From a virus: a stretch of DNA of 64,000 bases. The stretch is taken from IMG/VR virus record IMGVR_UViG_3300021373_003510, positions 13,942 through 77,941 of that record. One strand, written 5' to 3'. The notes below the pieces were generated by a model. The model was not told where the DNA came from and ran no database searches. It was given only the letters and a program-made list of their open reading frames with translations. The position numbers and the translations under genes were made by a program. Positions 1 through 9,200 of this stretch are shown piece by piece. Position 1 is the first letter of the stretch; every line of letters begins with the position of its first letter.

Positions 1-258
1 GTAGAATTCTGCATTTTCAACTTCTCTATGCATTTGTAAATCAACATTAACAGTATTAGCTGTAACATTGCACAATACAAGAGGTGAGATAATTTCAGCA
101 ACACCCGGTTCAATAACATTAGATCCACCAAAGACAAGCTCAGGAACATTATACTGAGGACAATCCACAATAACGCTCATATTAGTCGTAACGACTTTAC
201 TAATCGCAATTGGTTTTGCATCAGGTGCCTGAGATGTATTAATAGTTGTAATTGCCAT
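1..258 (-). CDS. Hypothetical virion-region protein, 5' part only (runs off the window)
   Basis: ATG at 258 with an upstream AGGA; open frame MAITTINTSQAPDAKPIAISKVV... to the window edge; not in the ORF track. Confidence 0.7.
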   Translation of the reverse strand, partial: MAITTINTSQAPDAKPIAISKVVTTNMSVIVDCPQYNVPELVFGGSNVIEPGVAEIISPLVLCNVTANTVNVDLQMHREVENAEFY

Positions 259-275
259 TTCTTATTTTCCTATAT

Positions 276-3200
276 TTAAATTACTGCTCTTGAGTTCGAA
301 GCTCTTCTTGCTAGCTTACGAACCGAAGAGGTAAATGGTCGGCCTTCAATTCGACCTGTTCGACCGTTAATTCTTAATCCTCTTGCGAAGTACTGGTTAT
401 TCAATTCATCAGCACCTGACCATCGGATTCTACCACCGTCCTCATTAAGAACCGAAGCAACCGCTGATATAGCAGCACCTAAGTTTCTAAAGTTCAGAGG
501 CAATGCATTTCTGTTAACACCAGCTGATGCACCGTTAAACTGGTGAGCAATAGATTCAACCAACGATCCGAATATTAATGTTTCAGGTCTCAATACATTG
601 TCTTTCAGACAGTCGTTGAATAATCCTTCAATCATCAATGAGTGAGTTGAATCAGGAGATAGGTTATTAACAATATATGTTCTCATTCTATCCCACGACC
701 CAACAAACGCATCTAACAAGTCTGTATTGTTAGCACCTTCTAATACCCAAGTTGAACCATTCCAATAATATATATTACCTGCATAGAAGTTTGTGGTATA
801 ATCAGTAGCTACAATGTATGCCCAGTTTGGTTTCATTCCAGTGATTGCTGAAAGATCTGAAACTTGAGCAACTGAACCCTTATACTTCAATCCTTGCATT
901 GTTGGGTTGAATACTGGGAACACATGAGTTCCGTCGTAATCAAATAACGATGCTGTAAATGTTCTTATTGCATTCTGATTTCCGTTTGTTGTATAACTCG
1001 GAACTGGTACAGTAACATCTTCGTATTTGAAATCGTTCTGTAAAGCAGTCAGAAGGTTTCTTGCATCTCTTCTTGTTAAGTTAATATCAAGGAAGTCATA
1101 AGTAGCATTTACATATCTTACAGTATCTTTCTGTAATTCTTTTCTTCTTGTTTGTAAAACATTTCGAGCATCAACAAATGGTGCTGCAGCATAACTGTAA
1201 TCAGGTTCTTCCTTAACAGGTAAGTACTTAGTATCATTATTTATTTGAGTAAAGAAGAAGATATCAGCAAGGTCTTTAACCTTTTTACTTTCAACTTCAG
1301 TTCCTATTTCACCAAGTATCTTCATACCTGGGTATTCACCGATTACGATATCTTTACAAATCTTACCTAGTTGACGATATGACTTAGCAGTTGGTGCTCG
1401 TTGATCTTCAGGCAATCTGTAAACTTGATTCCAGAAGTAGAAATCAGCGTTCCATCTTGAAGCAGTATTACCACCGAAGTTCAAGTCGAAGCTGAATGCA
1501 TCAAGTAAGAAACCTGTATCTCTTCTACACTTATCTTTGTTATAATCAAGTACATTAAATTGACTGTTTATAAATTCAGTTACATCGGAAGCAAGTTCTT
1601 CAGTATTATCAACAAGTTTCTGAGCAGCATTGTTAAGTTCAGTTGTTGGGAAACTTGAATTTGAATAAGGTCTTGGTAATTCATCATTATCATTAGCTCT
1701 TATTGAATTCTCAATAACACCAACCAAGTTAACAACCTCAGTACCTTCAACCGAAGTAGCCGCCGTACCTAATGTATTTTGCGGAGTTAAAGTATATGTA
1801 CTTGCATTGGTTACTGGAGTTTCTTGAACTACCTGAGACATTGCAGTACCAAGCAATTGTAATATGTCAGCATATTGTCTCTGCTGATCTACAGGAAGTA
1901 CTGATACTCCTTTCTCAAAGTAAATGCCTGCTGATTGTAATGTTGCGAAGTTTGTTTCATGTTGAATATCGTGTGATATAGCATCAATAGTATATCCTAT
2001 ATCTCTTCTACATCTTGCTCTTGGGAAACTCAATCCGTTATGATTAACTGATATATAACTTATAACACCTTCTGCAGCAGTATGAGATAATTTCTCAACA
2101 AGCTCTTTAGCAGTTATATAGTTATCTCCCATCCAAGTTTGATCCACATCAATTCTTTCAGGAATTGTAGCTCTTACCTCGTAAGAATCATCAACTGCAT
2201 CAGCAATAAGTTCAACAAGCTTTCTTGTAGCAATACAAGTATCTGGATTTGCACCATGTATTGAGAAGTCTTGAGCTTCTGTTGATTGATACGAAGGTAC
2301 GCCGTTCCAATATTCGTATTTCGTTACAATATCACCAGTGTAATATTTTCCGGTTCTTGGGAATAGTTTTGTTTCAATATCCTTAGCACCAACAACATGT
2401 TCTATAACTTTTGCCATGTGGAGGAATGCATCTCTTGAACCCATTCTTTGTTCGATCTGCAATCCAGTATTTACTGTATTTTCAAAATACATTCCTGCAG
2501 TTTGAACTGAAGCTGCATTACCGCCATATTGAATATCGTGAGAAACTGCATCAATAATATATCCAACATCTCTTCTGCATTTATTTTCACTGAATGGAAG
2601 TATGTCATAATTTTCTGCAAGATGAGCAAGCAAGTCTTTAGCAACTGTTTCTTTAACTCCAAGTACTTCATTAAACGCTGCTTGATTAACTGCATCGTAA
2701 ACTGATACTTTAGGCAATTCATAAGCAGGATTTAAAAGTAAGGTTGCACTTGCAAGAGCATCTGCACAAAGATCAAATAGACCTTCCATTTCGGCACCTA
2801 GCGGAGCACCACCTGAACCTGAACTGAAGTCTTGAGTTAACGCATTGCCTGTTGATTTCAAACCACCTATGTCAGTATCTTGGACAATTAAATCAACACA
2901 ATCTCCAAGATGCTTAAACAGCGCAACTGAAGGTTCAATTTGATCTTCAGGTAAACCAACATTAACTCCCTGTTCAAAATAAAGTCGAGTAAAGTTTTGA
3001 GTAGCAAAGTTACCTTGATGTTGTCCATCAAATGAAACTGCATCAATTAAGTATCCTGTGTCTCTTTCGCATTTAGCAACATCGTAAACATGACTTGGTC
3101 TGTTCGCAGCAAGCCATGCTGTTGCTTCAGCTATTAAGAACGCTTTGTTATTTTGTAGTTGAGATCTACCGTTAATTCGAGCAACACCTTGAGCATTACC

Positions 3201-6200
3201 TGTAAATACGATTGTATCAGCAGCAGCTCTACCATTTGTCATAACATCAATGATTTCATCAAATGCTTCTTCAACTTTAACCTTTAGTGCTGAATCGGTA
3301 ACTGCCTTAACTGCTAAACCTTTCGCAAATTTAATGCCTTCAACTGTCTCAGTTAATTGTTCGTTAATTACTCTGTTTGTACTTACGGTGTCAATTCTGT
3401 AAGCAGTACCGTTAAATACTGCATTATAGTTAGAACCTGTAAGTACATCAACTGCAACTGCATCAAGAAGTAAACCTAGGTCTCTCTTACATCTATCTCC
3501 ATCAAATGTATAATAACGATCTTTCAGATAACCTTGTACTTCTTCAATAATAAAGTCTCTGTTTTGTTGTAATTGCTTTCTTGCTAATGTTCTGTTTGGA
3601 TCGAACGAAGCCTTAGTTAATGTTGGGAATTCATCATCTTCGATATTTACATCATCAACCAAGTCGGCAATTGTATTAATTAAATCATGTACTATTGTAC
3701 CTGTTGCTGCATTAGCCGCAGTTCCATCTGTATTTTGATAAGGACCTGTACTAATTGAACCAACATCAGCAGAAACAAATGTATGTGGATATTGACCTGA
3801 GCCACCGCCACCAACATTCATTGTGATAGTTGTACTAGTGATTGCTGTAATCGTAACCGCTTTATTATAATACGGATGATGTTTCTGTGGTGAGGTATGG
3901 TTTTGCTGACCACTACCCATATCACAACTGAATGTAAATCCTTCAGGTTTCAGATAAACTTTATTACCTACATCAAGTGTATGAGTTCCAATTGTTGCTG
4001 TGAATACTCCAGTTGCCGGATCGTAAGTGGCATTACTTGGATTGAATGTCGTAAATGTTGTGGTATGAGCAACTTCTTTAACAACCTTTTCAGCAACATC
4101 TGCTAGGTGAGCAAATGCTTTTCTTGTTGGTTCGCGTTGTTCATAAGGCAATACATTAATTGCTTCTCTCAATCCTGAAACATTGGCAGTATCTTCATAA
4201 TCGGATAATGTTTTAAATTGTCCTTTTACTTCAATAGGCAATACATTAGTTGATCTTAACTGTTCGTAATCCGCTGATGCAGAATCGAATCTTCTAAAGT
4301 AATAATCAAATACTTCTAATGTATTTTCATTTCCACCGTATTCAATATCTCTTGATACTGCGTCAACAATTAAACCAACATCCCTTTCGCAAACTTCCTT
4401 AGCGTAAGGTAATCCGTTGTGTTCTTTTCTTAGGTAATCAATTACTGACAACGATAGATTTTCTGTTATACCATCAATTGCTTCACAAGCAGCTACCATT
4501 GCAGTTTCAACATTAGGTTCGATGTAAGCAGGTAAATGATCTATTGTATCATCAGAGATTGCTTGAGTTACAATATTAACTCTATCTCTTGCTAAGTTAG
4601 CAACCTCGATACCTCTATCGGTTCCTGAAACATCTTGAGATACAGCATTTCCTGCAGAAGGTGTAATAGTAATATCTCTAACAATATTCCAACATACATC
4701 GGCAATATGTTCCCATGTTTTGTATGTAGGTTCTTTTTGGTCAGCAGGTAATACTGAATTTGCATTTTCAAAATACAATCTTGCGAAGTTGACAGTACAT
4801 GTATTACCGCCAAACTTAACATCTTGTATTAATGAATCAACCAAGTAACCTGTATCTCTTTCACAATCGGCAACACTATATGTTAGTGAAGGATAATTAG
4901 CTGCAATGTAAGCAGTAGTTTCAGCAATAATAAATGCTCTGTTGAGAAGTAGTTGATTAGCAGCTTGTTTATGATCTTCAGTTAAAGCAGCTTCAGCTCC
5001 GTATGTCTTAGTTCCAACAGCACTTGAACCATTTTGTAAGATATCTATAATCTTATCAAAGTGTTGGTTTGAGCGAGTTAATGCAGTTCCTGTAACATTA
5101 GGATCGGCAGCAACCTCAGCCTTTAAGTAATTAATTGCACCTACTGTTTGTACTAACTGATCGTTAATAACTTTGTTAGCACCTACAGAACCAGTTCTAT
5201 AACCTAATCCCATGAATTGAGAATTCCAAGTAGAACCTGTAGCAATATCTCTTCTTACTGAATCAAGAATGAATCCTGAATCTCTTGTACATTTTTCGCC
5301 GTTGAATACAAAGTATTCAGAATCTAAATAATCAGAAACTTCTTTTTGTAAGAACTCTCTGTTAATTTGCATTTGTTCTCTTGCATATTGACCTTGAGAG
5401 TTATAAGTAACTTTCGATACCGCATCTTTGATGACCGATACAAATGTATGGGCTCCACCTGAGCTTGCAGCTAACTGAATAGTAACATCATCACCATTTA
5501 CAGCAGTGATAGCTTGCGGCTCTCTATAATTTGAATCGCCTTTTCTTGGGTATGAATGTTCAGTTGCATTACCATCCTGAGCACATGTATAAGTAAATGA
5601 TAATGGAGCAATCTCAATATAATCATCTGTTGTTAAATCATGACCAGGAATTGTCATTACACTGATTCCTGTAGCAGGATCGTATGTAGCAGTTGTTGGT
5701 GTATAATGCTTGACATAAGAAGCAGGATCTGTAAATACCAATGCGTCTGAATCAATACATCCAACCTCAGCTCTAACGAATGTATGAGCCCCGCCAGGAC
5801 CTGTTCCTACATTCATTGTAATTGTATCAGAGGTTACCGAAGTAATCTTTATAGGCTTCTTATAAGTAATACTATGATGTGATTGAGGAATAGCATGTTC
5901 ATATACATTTCCATCTAATGCACAAGTAAATACAACCGAGCCTGGTTTAATTGATACGTAATCGCCTGCTTCTAAATTATGTTGTCCGATTGTGGCAACA
6001 AATACACCGGTTGTTTCGTCGTAAGTAGCAGTTCTTGGTGTATAAGTAGATACATAATTACGTGTCTTAATATTATTTGGTGTTGCTGATATAAATGTAT
6101 GAGCAGATGTATCAGTTGAAGTACCTGCATTAACTGTAATCGTTGTGTTTGTTGTAGCAGCTACTACTAATGGCTTCTTATAACCAGGATGTTCTCTTGT

Positions 6201-9200
6201 TCCTTTAATAGCGCCTGTGATAGCAGATACAAATGTATGAGCTCCACCGCCGTTTGTAGATATACCTACATTACAACCAATTACATTTCCTTCGACTGAA
6301 GTTAATTTAACTGGCTTCTTAAAGAACGGATGATGTTCTTCAGGCACAGGGTGATTTGTTTGGTTATTATCAATTGCACAAGTAAATGTAATACCTCTTG
6401 GGGCAAATTCTATTTCATCCCCTACTCTCAATTTGTGCGTACCAATGTCTGCCGTAAACTCACCTGTAGCAGGATCATAAGAAGCAGTGCTTGGAGTAAA
6501 TCTTGTTACTGTTCTTGTTGGATATGAATGTTGAGTTGCATTACCATCCAAATCACAAGTATATGTTAAGCTCTCAGGAGCAATTAATATTTCTTGCCCA
6601 ACTTGTAAATCGTGAGAACCAATTGTAAGTACAGTTAAACCTGTTAAAGGATCATAAGTAGAATTTGAAGTTGAATAAGTTTTACCTGTGCTGTTTAGCA
6701 TATCAACAATTTTATCAAATGCTTCATCTGATCTGAACCCAGAAGCTTTATCATCAATTGCCTTAACATGTGTAATTGCATTATCGAGAGCAGATACAAA
6801 TGTATGAGCGTTTGATCCACCGTACCCAACAAACATTGTGATAGTTGTTGGAGTTGTAGATTCAATTGGACAAGGATGATTATAGAAAGGATGTCCTGGA
6901 TTTGGAACAGCATCGTTTGTAGGTCCGCTTCCTGTATCACAACTAAATGTAACACCATCCTCAAGGAACCTTACGTAATCACCAGCTTTTAATTCGTGAC
7001 GACCAATTGTAGCAGTAAAGATTCCTGTTTCAGGATCATATGTTGCATCAGTTGGAGTAAACGATTTTCCTTGGTTCTTCGCAGGAGTAATTGCATTTGC
7101 GACAGCGGATACAAATGTATGTGCTTGTTGACCTGTTGCTCCACCGTATCCTACGTTTAATGTAATAGTTGTATTTGATACTCCTATGATTGGACAAGGA
7201 ACTCCATTTGCGTATGGGTGATGAGCTTCAGGAACCGCGTGGTTTGTAGGACCTGACCCAGTATCACAACTGAATGTAATACCTTGCATCGCAAATACGA
7301 CAGTATCTCCGACTGCCAATGTATGAGCTCCAATAGTTGCTTCCATGATTCCTGTAGAAGGATCGTATGTTGCATCAGTAGGTTGGAAACCATTTTCAGT
7401 TTGAAGCGTATTAACTCTTCTCTTAAGTTCGTTTATTGCACCAGTTGTTTGTGTCAACTGATCGTTAATTACATTATCAGCTAACTCTGTACCTGCACGA
7501 TAAGCAAGTCCTGTCTGATATGCATTATAGTTTGAACCTGTTAAAATATCTCTTTCAACTGCAGGTAAGATGTACTCTGTAATATCTCTTCTACATTTTT
7601 TAGAATCATATCTGAAGTATGTTTCATCAAGATATCCATCAACGTAATCTTGTAAGAATCCTCTGTTTGCTTGTAATTGCTTTCTTGCGTTTCTCTTATT
7701 AGCAGGAATGTCTATACTATCAGACCACTTAATAGTATCACCTAATACTGAAACTGCACCTGTTGCAGCTTCTACGAATTGATAATCAAATGCAAATGGC
7801 TGTGTACCAACGTTGACTGTAATTTTACCAGGGACTGCACCCAATACTTCGACTGGAGTTTCATGAGCAGGATAACCTGGTTTTGGATAATAAGATCTTG
7901 TTTTATGACCATCTCTGCTACAAGTCATGGTGAAACCACCTGTCTTAAGCAATACATAATCGCCAACATTTAATCCATGACCTGACTGAATAGCATTTGG
8001 AGTAGCAGAAACAAATGTATGTACTTGTTGACCAGTATCTCCACCGTAACCAACATTCATTCTTATCTTATTTTTACTTACACCAATAATTGGGCATGGC
8101 TTTTCGTAATAAGGATGATGAGCTTCAGGAACAGCGTGATTTGTAGGACCTGAACCAGTATCGCAAGACCAAGTAATACTCTCAGGATTGAACCAAACAA
8201 AATCTCCTACTTCTAATTCATGCTTACCAATGTTTGCTTCCATAATTCCTGTAGCAGGATCATAAGTTCCATCAGTCATTTGATGAGATTTTGAATCTCC
8301 TATTGTAATAACAAAAAGACCAGTTACTGGATCATAGGTTGCATTACTAGGTGTATATTGTTTTCCTTTATTCTCAAGGATTTGTAAAACATTATCGTAA
8401 GCATCATCAAGTCGTTGTGAAGCAAGATAAGAATCACCATCTATCAATTCATTAGTCTGATCCTTTAATCTATTGTAAGCAGCAACTGTTTCGTTATTCT
8501 GATTTTCTATAACTGCCTTTCCTGCTTGCATATAATATGCTCGACCTGCAGTAAGTGAATTATAGTTAGTATCAAATAACATATCATTCTTAACGGCAGG
8601 AATAATATAATCAGAAACATCTCGACGACAAGATTTGCTATCATATGCAAAGAACTCATCGTTGTTTTCGATCCAATCAATTAGCTCTTCGGTAATGAAC
8701 TCTCGATTGTCTTGTAATAGCTTTCTAGCAGCTGTTCGAGGCACTGAAGTATCTTGCCATATAATCGGGTTAATGTTCTCTTCACCGTATTCTAAGACAT
8801 TTAGAAGCTCGGCAAAGGATGTATCAATCCTTGAATTAATTTCATTATTTGCTGAAATAAAGATTTCTTTTGATCTATCTCTTAGGTATTCGTTTGCACC
8901 TTTTGTTTCTTCAAGCTGTTCACCAGGAACAACATAACTGATTGGAGACCTATAAGTAATACCGGCAAGTCTTCCCCAATAGTTCGTATCAAGTGCAACG
9001 TCATAACCTGTACCATCAACTATGATACCTGAATCTCTTAAACATTTTTCTGAATCGTATTCTTGATAACCTAATCCACCATTTGCTGAATTGGCTGTTA
9101 GGTAATAAACCATATCATCAATAATTTCTTCGGCATTATTATCAATAGTATCGGCAAATGCAGTATTACCAATAATTGTTGCCGTTGTTCCTTTTGGAGC

